The translations under genes were made by a program, and so were the position numbers. Below, piece after piece: positions 53,125 through 64,000 of a DNA stretch of 64,000 bases. This DNA is from Paraspadella gotoi (taxonomy: Eukaryota > Animalia > Chaetognatha), in the NCBI GenBank assembly GCA_051294375.1, contig CM119264.1:17980673-18044672 (forward strand), given 5' to 3'. Numbering within the stretch: position 1 is the first letter of the stretch; each line of letters opens with the position of its first letter. Under the pieces are notes generated by a model. It was given only the letters and a program-made list of their open reading frames with translations, had not been told where the DNA came from and ran no database searches.

Positions 53125-55468
53125 CTTCTCTTCTCTCTCTCCTCTCTCTCTCTCCACCTAATTATCGTGACAGACAAGGCTTCTTAGAACCTGTTAATCT
53201 TCGCTGTGCTTCCCTTTCGTCGTCTTCTATCGTATTATTTCTCCTCGTCGTCTGTCGTGCGTCGTTCGTCGTCGTGCGTTCGTTCGTCGTCGTCGTCGTC
53301 GTCGTCGTTCGTCGTCGTCGTCGTCGTTCGTCCTTTTCCACGTCGAAGACACAATTTTCTCTTAATAGAAAACTGATGCGATTGATCGAACTTTTTAATT
53401 TCAGTTATAAAATAAAGTTAAAACAAACAAACGAAGTTTTAAGAATAAAAACATTTTTTTAAATTAAAGCAAGATAAGGCGCTATATCGACGCATGCTTA
53501 TCTCTGTTGAGTTGTGCGGTTGACGTTTTAAAAAGCCGCGATGAGCGAGAGAGATCTGCACTCGGTTTTCTTCGCTGGGAATAAGATTGTGGTGTGCAAT
53601 GATGTATATAGCTCGACTCTTCGTCGGAATAACGAAATGGGGTGACTTTTTGCCTTCACAAGTAATTTCCATGCTTTCGGTAATTTGGAAGCTATGGCAC
53701 TGTCTTAATGAAATCGTAAAGATTTTGAGATTAGCGAGCGAGAGTTTTTGGTGCGGCGATGCAGGCAGGAACGATTATTAATAAAATCAAAAAGAGAGAG
53801 AGAGAGTAAAGAGAGAGAGAGATGAGCAGTGAGAGGAGAGAGGTGAGGGAGAGAGAATAATCCTTCTAAACGTTTTGTTCATTTCAAATCGCGAGTTTTT
53901 TCATGCGTCGGCAAGGATTGAAAAAAAAAAATCGGTTGCAATCTCGGGATATCCCATTAGTTTATTAAATTTAAAGTTAAATTTAAAACAAGCTTCAACA
54001 ACATTTTCGTACCGGTTTTTGATTGCCGAAACGATTTCCATTCATCATCCAGAACCCCAGCTCCAACTCCCTCCCACGGCCCCCCCCCCCAACGACGTCG
54101 TTCGTCGTCGCAAATCGATTTCCGCGTTCGTCTTCAATTTTCTGCTAATTCCTTTTTTCCTTTCTTCTTCGTTTGCTCTTTCTTCTGTTTTTCGCGTTCT
54201 TCTCTTCTTTTCCTCCTTCTTCTTCCTCAATTTTTTCGCGACTTTCTCTCTCCTCCCCTCGTTCCCATGCCCTCCTCTCCCTCTCTCTCTCTCTCCTCTC
54301 TCTGTCTCTTCTTCTCTCTGCCTCTCTCTCTCTCTCTCTCTCTCCTCTTCTCTCTCTCCTCCCTTCGCTTCCCTCGCTCAAATTTCTGTTCAGATAATGA
54401 TTGTTCCACCAAGGCTTTTACTGTCGACACGACGACACGATTGACGACGATTCGATGGTGAAAACGCATCGACGACGATGAAAAAGCGACGACGACGACG
54501 ATGAAAAACGACGACGACTTCAACGTGACGCTACTGGGCCAACGAGGTCTCTCGAATCGGTTGCCTGGGGAGTCAAATCCAATGTGCCCAATCAAAGAGG
54601 AGATCAAACTTGTGAGTGTCGAAGGAAGTGAGAGCATAGATTGTTGTTAGTTAGGATTAGATGAGAAGATAGATAAGATAGAGAGAGAGAGAGAGACTGA
54701 GACAGGAGAGAGAGAGTAGAGAGAGAGAGAGAGAGAGAAAGGAGAGAGAAAGAGAGAGAGAATGCAAAAGATAGAGACGGTGAGTTATTTTTTTCTGGAG
54801 AGAGCCAAAAATTTTCTTTTTTCTTTACTGTAGAGATGATTTGTAAATCCGATTGGGTTTTTGTCGTCATCATCGTCATCATCGTCATCATCGTCGTCAT
54901 CATCGTCGTCATCCTCCCGCCCTGGCGCGTGAGAGGTCGAACCTCGACCGGAAATCAACGTCGCCACGCGGCGGCGTCTGCGGCTTCCGACTTTAGCGCC
55001 GGTCCCAGTCGCGCCAAAATATTTTTGTACCAAATGTAGTAAAAGCAAAAAAAAAAAAAAAAAAAAAAAACGAGGAAAATCTGGCGAAGTTGAGAAAATG
55101 ATTATCGAAATTGGGATTTAAATATTCAACAATTGAGACTCATGTGACAGTTTTTTTTCTCCAAAAACAGTTAAAAAGCGATATAACCAGACTACCCTCT
55201 ACTGTCTACCAGCTCACTTCTTCTACTAGCTTCCACTACCAACACAAATTTGAATAAAATGATTCGTCGTCAACTAAAGAAAAACGAGGACTAAAACCAA
55301 AACGAAAATCAACCCGAGAAAAAATCAGGATTTCGTCTCTGAAAAATGAGTAGAAAAATATTAGAGAAAAAAAAAAGTGGAAAAAGCAGAATCGAAGTCT
55401 CTCGCAGCTGCGGGCGATGATGAATCATGTTTGTCCCGAGCGAAAATAAATCCACATTTTTCTTTCCG

Positions 55469-55500
<32 letters not shown>

Positions 55501-56824
55501 GGTGGCTTTCGTGGTCTTCATCACATTGAGGCACTCAGATTATATCATCACAAATCCGCTGATACTTTTACGTATCATAAATGAAAAAATACCCATGAAG
55601 AGAGAGAGAGCGACTTCGGATGCTTTTCTGAGAGAGAGAGAGAGAGAGAGAGAGAATATTTTGAAGTGGGTACAAAGACACGATTTTCCTTTTAGATTTA
55701 AAGCTTTTTAACCGCGCGTGAAGATTCTGACGTCAAGAACCAAATTCTGGGCTGTCCACTTTTTGGCCAAAGAATTATGATATCCGTTCATTAGTAGCTT
55801 AATATTTTCAATTAAAAGAATTGCACCATGCGCATATTTAAGTTAGCGCTGAAATGTTAACGAAAAATTGAAGGACATGTTCACAACAATGGCTCGTAGA
55901 AACACCGACTTGGTAGGATGGGGAATTATTCGTCACGAAATATTCTTAGTTTGAATGTCAAATTGTTTCTTTTATTGTTTTATCGTTTTATCTTTATATC
56001 GTTTTAACTGTCAAATTGTTTCTTTTATTTCAGTAAAAAAAAAATACTACGACGGTATAGTGAAGATAGTGAAACAACTCCATTTGAAAGAAAAGAGTTT
56101 CGTAACTCGGGAGGGGAAATTTAAGCCAGCAGTCGTCCCTCGCTTTCCTCGGGATGTCGATTCCGCGCGGAACGTGTCCGTACGTCCGTCCCGAGTCTGT
56201 TGGTCGTTCGAGATTTGGCGGCCGGAAAATCGATTAACCCGAAAGAAAAACAACCGGAAACCAGAACTGAAATGAAGGGAAACTTGGAAAATGGGATGCA
56301 TTGGTGAAGGAGACTGGGAGGGCGTGGAGCTCGCGGCCGGATTAATGGCGGGAAAGATTGAGCGAGAGTCGAATTTGACAAAGTCTTTGTCGGGCGTCTG
56401 AGTCGACGCGCGAAATATATTTATAAAGTTGAATGAAAAAATAATCGTGGAGCTTTTACTAGTACGTATAAATAAAAGTAAGAAAATTAAAGCTGAAAAA
56501 AAAAGTGAGAGCAAACTGAGGCGAGGGCGTTTACGTCTTTTACACTTGTGCAGATGCGCAGTGGAGCGACAGAGAGGCAGAGTGTCGGCGTACCTCCTTG
56601 AAGGAAAGGGTCTGCTCCTTTTCTCTTTAGTTTTTCTCTTCAACCTTTCAGCTTTCTTCCACTTCGTTCCCTCATTCCTTTTCCCACTTTCCCTCCTTCT
56701 CTCACCTGCGCGTTCCCCTTTACCGATCCTTTGTTTTCGTTACTTCTGGCGCCAAAATTTATTTCCCTCCATTGACCTCATATCTCGCCGCAATGCGCGG
56801 CGGCGCCGCAACCGCCGCTTCTAT

Positions 56825-56851
56825 CGCCGCCGCCGCCACCGCCACGGCGCC

Positions 56852-56889
<38 letters not shown>

Positions 56890-56890
56890 A
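56825..56890. repeat. (GCC)n tract within a GC-rich island
   Basis: Interrupted CGCCGCCGCC run. Confidence 0.85.
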
Positions 56891-59804
56891 GCCTCATCTG
56901 GCGCCGGGACTGAAGAAAAACAAAAACAAATACCCGCGACTGTTTTTTGGCTTCGGCGTCTTTCGGGTCGGACGCTGAGGTGATGGAAGACTCAAAGGCG
57001 AAAATCCGCGGAAATGAAAGGACGACTGAGCCGGTGCCAGGCGGCCAAGGCGCCGTGTTTACGTACGCATCGCCGAACGGCGTCGTTTTTGATGGCGCCA
57101 AATATCGAATGGCGTCATTTTCCTTCGGAAGTGACTGACGCGGCGCCCTTTTTTTCCGGGGAAAATCGAGTGAAGGCGGCGCTTTTTAGTCGTCGGCGTC
57201 TATTTTTGGGGCGTCGCCGTTTGGATGAATAGAAAACACCACCCAAATTCTGTTTTGGCGAAAAACAAAATGATTTAGATTTTCAACAAGTTCCGATCAG
57301 AAGGTTAAGCAAGCTTAATTAACTTAAAGCTAATTAATTTACATTTCTTTATTAAACATAATACGTAGAGGTATTTTTTTTGGTTGATATTGCGATCCAT
57401 TCGGACGAAAAAGAATAATAATGTTTGTTTTTCCCGGTTTGTTTGTTTCGCCAAAAAAGTCAAGGGTATTTTTTGAAACTAAGTCGAATGCAAAGCGGAC
57501 CATTTTTTATTCAAGGAAAAGCATTCTTTAATCAAAGGCATTCCATTCTAAAATCACGGGCATTCCGCCCCTTAAATCGCGACGCAGCCCCAACCTTTAA
57601 TCGCTCGCTCGATTCTATTCACGTTCACTCACCCATTTCCGACGACGACGACGACGACGACGACGAGGACAGGGCCCGAGGGAGAATCACGCGCGCCTCC
57701 GCAGCCATCGCCACTTCCGTGGCCTCCGGGGACGCGATCCGCGAACGAGCGCTCTCCAACGCGCCTCCCTAAACGAGCGGTCTCGAACGCGCTCCGAGGG
57801 ACGCCTCATCGAGTCCGGCGCCCTTGACACGCCCACATCCCCAACCGGTGCAACCGTAAACACGTGGTTCCGCTCACCACCATCTCCCAGTCTTCCACCC
57901 AACCCTACCGAGCACCTTTCGCTGCGTTCTCGTGGCTCACGGACTGACTCGTCAACCACTTTTCAATCCTGCTGAGTTTCAAAACAGCGGCAGCAAAAAA
58001 CGAAGAAACCTATATTCATTAATACTACCACTGCCTACGCCACCTCCAGGTATTTCTAAGACCACTTCGCAACTCGACGACGTCAACGGTTATCATTCTC
58101 ATCAGACTCGTTCCGACTTATTGTTTTAAAAAAAGCCCTTTTCGCTTCAGCTCTGAGTCTGCCGGTTGTCTCCACTTTCCCCTTCTCCGATCTCCGCCCG
58201 CATCCCGCCTTCAATCTCGGCCCTTTTCTGTCTCGCGATGACAGCCTGGGTCCCCGGCGCGACACTCGATACTCGCCAGGGGTCACCATTCATCAGGGGG
58301 TCACATTTCACCGACGATCACATTTCACCGTTAAGCGAACCGCGAGGCATTTTTTTTTTCCTGGGAGGGGGGTTGTAAGGATTGGAAAACCCCGGTCGAG
58401 GAAAAGAAATAGAGAAGAGAGAGAGAGAGAGAGTGGGAGATCCTCTAGTAGCACGGCGCTCTAGAATGAGAGGACGACGAGAGAGAGAGAGGAGAGAGAG
58501 AGAAGAGAAGTGAAGAGAGAGACGATTGAAGATGGGAGAGAGGTGAGAGGCGGAGGACGGAGAGAGAGAGAGATGCAGATGAGCAATAAAAAATTTTCCG
58601 AGCTGACAAAAAAGAAAGGGAGATGAAAAAAGAATCGAAAAAGTGGGTGAACAAATGAACAAAACCACTTCCGGGATTCCACAATGAGAGAAAAGCAATT
58701 AAGCGAAGGACCGGGAGATGACGGTTGAAAGAAAGTAAATTTTCCAACCGCGACTTCTCCTCCGCTGAGGGGACATTGATAAGGGTGGGCGCGTTGTCGG
58801 CTTTCTATTTCAACTCTTTCTATTTATGGCAATTTTATATTTAATTAATCTATACTTATTATTTATAGTTTTTTTGCCAGATCAATCTGTTATTGTTTTT
58901 AAGGTCTATTTTCTCCATGTCCAACCACCAATGCCGCAATTTTCAATCTCCTACCCCAGCTTCCTCTTTCGCCCACTCCCACAACCAGAGGGCCTCCGAG
59001 CTCGTGACAAATGACTCAAAGCGAAAAGTTTATCCCGTAGATTTTTCCCCGTTTCCTTTTCTCCTCCTCTTCCTCCTTTCTATCCTCCTCCTCTTCTTCC
59101 TCCTCCTCATTTCTCGCTTTTCCTTTTCCTCCTTTTACTCTCTCCTCTTTCTCCTTGCCCTCTTCAAGCTCTCCCTCCCTCTCTACTTCATTTCTACTTC
59201 TTTCCCCACTTCATTTTTTTTCCTTTCACTTCTTTTATTTCGTCTCCTTCATCTCTCTCTCTTTTTTTCCTCTCTCTTTCCTTTCATTCATTTTTTCCTT
59301 CAATTTTTTATATTTTTTTTTATATTCGAGTTGTCATTTTTTTTTTGTTGGCGGGAGAAAAAAAAAGTTTTTCAACTCGGCAGCGGTCATGGCGGCGGCG
59401 GCGGCGGCGGCTTTGTTGTTGACAAGCGGCCGACATCGACGCCCCGTCGTCGTCATCGTCGTTGTTGTCGCGGTCGTCATCGTCATCGTCGTCGTCGCTG
59501 TCGTCGTCGTGGGCGCCAGAAAGAAGTCATTAAAATCGTGTTTACCCCGAAATTGATGGAGTTGAGAACAGTTGAGATGGAGATACAAAAAGCGGGAAGC
59601 GAAAATGTTTTATTTAAACGTTGAGCTCAGTCATTGCATCATTCCGAATATATTACTAGTTATCTCTCTCGTTTTATCCTTCTCTCGTTCTCTCTCGCTT
59701 TCGTTTTCGCTCTCTCTCTTTATCCCGAGATATATTTTTATGACTTTTTTTCATGAACTTTTCATTCCTCCTAACCTCTTTTTAGCCTTATAAGAAAGAA
59801 CGAA

Positions 59805-59836
<32 letters not shown>

Positions 59837-59939
59837 NNNNNNNNNNNNNNNNNNNNNNNNNNNNNNNNNNNNNNNNNNNNNNNNNNNNNNNNNNNNNNNN
59901 NNNNNNNNNNNNNNNNNNNNNNNNNNNNNNNNNNNNNNN

Positions 59940-59973
<34 letters not shown>

Positions 59974-60614
59974 TTAATTTTCTACGCGCTTAGTTTCGTT
60001 AATTAAAGTTCTTCCTCGGTCGCGCTGCTGGAAATTTCTCCGGTTCCAATCTACCTTGAGGCGTCGGGGCGAGACGCTTACGTCACCCCTGGCAACGACG
60101 GAATCGCAACACATGGCGACGCATCTCCTTCGCTGTTCATCGCAACAAAGATATTGAGAACGAATTGACGTATTCAAGGAAATGGAAAGGTTGGCGAGAA
60201 ACAGATGAACACAATGAGAGACGACGCTTGGCGACGGTCTTGGGTGGAGTGACGGTTAATGTAGTGGTAGGGGGTGCAGTGGAAAGAGGTGGAGTAGCAG
60301 GGAGTGGTGGCATCGGAAAACGAATGGGCGGATTGGTGGAGGTGTTGAAAAATGAGGTGGCGCTGGAGTCTAACACTGGCAACACCTGAACTACTGAGCA
60401 TCTTAATTTTTTTTCTCCCAAAAGTCGAGAATCGCTTTTTCTTTTTCGAAAAGCTGAGGGGAAATTAGGTGGGGCCGTCGGGTGGGGAGGGAGAAGAGGA
60501 GATTTGTGAAAAAGGAAAGGGAGGAAATAGGAGAACGGGAAATTGCCAGAGAGTAGAGATGAGAATGAAAAGAAAAATCTTCGAAAGATACTTATGTACA
60601 AACAACAAAAACAG

Positions 60615-60684
<70 letters not shown>

Positions 60685-63062
60685 CTCTCTCTCTCTCTCT
60701 CTCTACCGAGACTAAATTAGCTCCGGCGTGAATCGGTTAAAATCCAGCGAGAAGTGAAATCTCCGAAGGTTTTTTCTGAGAAGTGAGAATGTAAATTAGA
60801 TTTTTAGCCAAAACTTCGAAACAGAATGCAGTCGGGCATTTCTTCGGCTTTATCTAACTCATGCGGATCGGAAACCTAAATACAGACATTTTCTAATTTT
60901 GTGAATATTTGCAATATTTTTTTAGATCTTTGTTTTAAAAGCCAAGTCGAATTAATAATTTTTTAAGATGGTTCGCATATCTAAGTTTATTTGACACTTT
61001 TTGCTGGCTCCGTTTTCCGTCAAAATTTATGCGAATTTAAAAAAAGTATAGAATTCGTATTGTATCGATATCGCATATCCGCGGCCTGAATCGTCCATGC
61101 AGCTTGCGGATGCAAGCGGCCGACGCCGACATCTCAGCGTCGATCGTCGAAAGGTTTTAACCCAATTTGCGTCTCTTATTTGTAAATCCCGACTTCGAAG
61201 TTTCCATGAATACGAATTCGAGGAGCGACGGCGCCATTTGCATAGTTGATGACGTCATTGTATGAANNNNNNNNNNNNNNNNNNNNNNNNNNNNNNNNNN
61301 NNNNNNNNNNNNNNNNNNNNNNNNNNNNNNNNNNNNNNNNNNNNNNNNNNNNNNNNNNNNNNNNNNNNNNNNNNNNNNNNNNNNNNNNNNNNNNNNNNNN
61401 NNNNNNNNNNNNNNNNNNNNNNNNNNNNNNNNNNNNNNNNNNNNNNNNNNNNNNNNNNNNNNNNNNNNNNNNNNNGGGGGGAAACGTATAAATGAGAAAT
61501 AATGACGAATGATTTTTTAAAGCGACCGACTGTAGAGTGTAGACTGTCTACTGAACGACTCAGCTATGTTCAAGAGATCATTTAGTTCTTAGAGAAATTA
61601 GGTCGCTTTGTACCGTAGTGTTGGGCCGATTAGGTTGGTGGTTTTGTGGCAGTAGAACTTATCCTCAGCTTAGTCTCAATGGCTCAGCTGGCTAAATCAG
61701 TTCAGGTTAAATCTGTGGGCATCCCGGTGACGCGACCGGTTTTCATTGAGAGGAGGTCTCTTAAGGTCCACAGCCCTCACCTCATTTTATGAGTTATCAC
61801 AAGCAGCGGTGGTCATAGACAATTACATAGTTTTCATAGTCAGAAAGTAGAAGTAATACGATTAATATACGTTCTTACATGGGATAAAAAAAGAGAGAGA
61901 ATAGAAATAGAAAAGCGATGATATAAATTATAAATAACTAGATGAAGGTAACAATGCACTAAAAAGAAACTAACATCGTGACTTAGTTTGCGTCCATTGA
62001 TGAAGAAGACATCGATTTGCCAGACGAGATGGGTTTCCCTATTGTAGTCCCTCTCGCGGTCTGCATCATCACTTCTTCTGACGAATATCATCGAGGAGAC
62101 AACGACAACGACAACAACGACGCCGCCCAAAATGGAAAAATGGTCACCAAAGGCAAAGAGGAGGCAGTTTAGTCCCTTCTTCGCTCTCCCTCTTTTGGGC
62201 GCCTCCCTCCGAGTCTCTCGTCTTTTGTTTTGATCATTTTGTTTCCATTTTCGCCGTCGGCGGTGGAGGTGGCGGCGGCGGAAGCCTCGGTCTCTCCTTC
62301 AGGGCCTCACAAACATTGGACTCTCCCGATCGCGATCTTGTTCAACTAATGATCGCCTTGCAGCGTCACTCCTTCAGAACGCCACTCCCTCGGAATGTCA
62401 GTCCCTGTGAACGCCAATCCCTGAGAATATCGCGTATATGCCAAAGAGTCAAAGACATGCAAAGCCCCACACTTTCAGCCTCACGCGCCATGTACACCGT
62501 CTTACCGCGTCTCGTATCTTAACACTGTTCAGTGTTCACCACCTTAAACGCCACCCACCCTAAACAATTCCCTCCTTTTCTGCGGCGGAGAGAGAATCGA
62601 GTCTCGACGAAAAAATAGGAACATGAAGGGAAATTGATGCCCATAAAAGAATCGGGAAGGAATTCCTCCGCGGAAGGAAAGATGGAGAGAAGGAAAGAAA
62701 GATGGAATGTGTGAAGAAGGGTGAACGCGGGGGTGAAGTTAGTAGGAAAAAAAAGAGTATGAACGATAGATATATAAACATAAAAATACTATTAGAATAT
62801 AGTTAGAAAAGACGAAATACAGGGAAATTTTCTATTTTTAAAAAAGCGGAAAAAAAATAAAATGATATCAGAGAAGAAAACCGCATTGAAAAAGGGATCA
62901 CAAAAAGATGAAAAGAAAAATGGGGAGAAGGAAAAAAAAAAAAAAGAGGGCGACGAGGAGAAAAATAACCAATTTACCGGAAATGCGAAAACGGAAACGA
63001 AGAAAAAAAAGAAGAAAATATTCAAAGGATATAAAGAAAAAGCAAAAAGAAAAAGAAAAAAA

Positions 63063-63646
63063 NNNNNNNNNNNNNNNNNNNNNNNNNNNNNNNNNNNNNN
63101 NNNNNNNNNNNNNNNNNNNNNNNNNNNNNNNNNNNNNNNNNNNNNNNNNNNNNNNNNNNNNNNNNNNNNNNNNNNNNNNNNNNNNNNNNNNNNNNNNNNN
63201 NNNNNNNNNNNNNNNNNNNNNNNNNNNNNNNNNNNNNNNNNNNNNNNNNNNNNNNNNNNNNNNNNNNNNNNNNNNNNNNNNNNNNNNNNNNNNNNNNNNN
63301 NNNNNNNNNNNNNNNNNNNNNNNNNNNNNNNNNNNNNNNNNNNNNNNNNNNNNNNNNNNNNNNNNNNNNNNNNNNNNNNNNNNNNNNNNNNNNNNNNNNN
63401 NNNNNNNNNNNNNNNNNNNNNNNNNNNNNNNNNNNNNNNNNNNNNNNNNNNNNNNNNNNNNNNNNNNNNNNNNNNNNNNNNNNNNNNNNNNNNNNNNNNN
63501 NNNNNNNNNNNNNNNNNNNNNNNNNNNNNNNNNNNNNNNNNNNNNNNNNNNNNNNNNNNNNNNNNNNNNNNNNNNNNNNNNNNNNNNNNNNNNNNNNNNN
63601 NNNNNNNNNNNNNNNNNNNNNNNNNNNNNNNNNNNNNNNNNNNNNN
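63063..63646. other. Largest assembly gap
   Basis: Run of N. Other sized gaps are 23530-23696, 44102-44281, 44604-44773, 45175-45334, 45559-45862, 45947-45956, 59837-59939 and 61267-61475. Confidence 0.99.
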
Positions 63647-64000
63647 TATACAAAATGTTAATTTAAACTGTGAATAAACTAAAATTATACATTGGAACTC
63701 ACTTATGTATAAATAAATTTTTAATTAATCATTCAATTAAATACTAATGTAATTAAAGAACTAACTAAACCATCGATTTATGTATCGCTCTTAATAATTT
63801 TTTGGCGAATTTCTCACCATTTCATTCCTTATTTGTCAAGGAAAATGATTAATACCCAACTATTATTATCACGATTTTTTATACTATGTAACCAAATTAT
63901 AAAAATGAGTGCTAAAACGCTCCTTACTCGTGTCAAACTATGAAAAATTGCAAGTTTTACTTGTTTTACTAAATTAGACTAAATTGGATTAAATTATAAA

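Noticed and set aside
55955-62522. GC-rich islands with 60-200-aa ORFs (56.0-58.4, 60.0-60.4 and 62.0-62.5 kb)
   Set aside because: Low-complexity or unrecognisable translations and no consistent exon chain.

Overview
Eukaryotic draft-assembly DNA, almost certainly from an invertebrate animal. It is saturated with (AG)n/(CT)n, (TCG)n/(TCA)n and (CTTT)n microsatellites, shows no obvious CpG depletion and has many N gaps. Nearly all supplied ORFs are translated simple repeats. Two real genes are recognisable. (1) The first coding exon of an ephrin on the + strand (...GSYRVLDPIYWNSSNP|GTGAGT, ending at 23238), preceded by an unusually long in-frame Ser/Pro/Arg-rich open frame. (2) An 83-aa two-repeat beta-thymosin/WH2 gene on the - strand (24190-24441), apparently nested in the ephrin's first intron. 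No further ephrin exon was recognisable in the window. About 21 kb of the 64 kb is redundant: three tandem 'duplications' (~3.5, ~10.2 and ~7.5 kb) are each joined by exactly 25 N, and the downstream copy is full of 1-bp indels. This points to long-read gap-filling artefacts rather than biology. Weaker leads are a poly-Asp reading frame hidden in a compound trinucleotide repeat, clusters of MITF/TFE-type TCACGTGA boxes, a perfect DR1, an MRE-like array and a telomere-like G4. I found no convincing evidence for a new multi-gene system.
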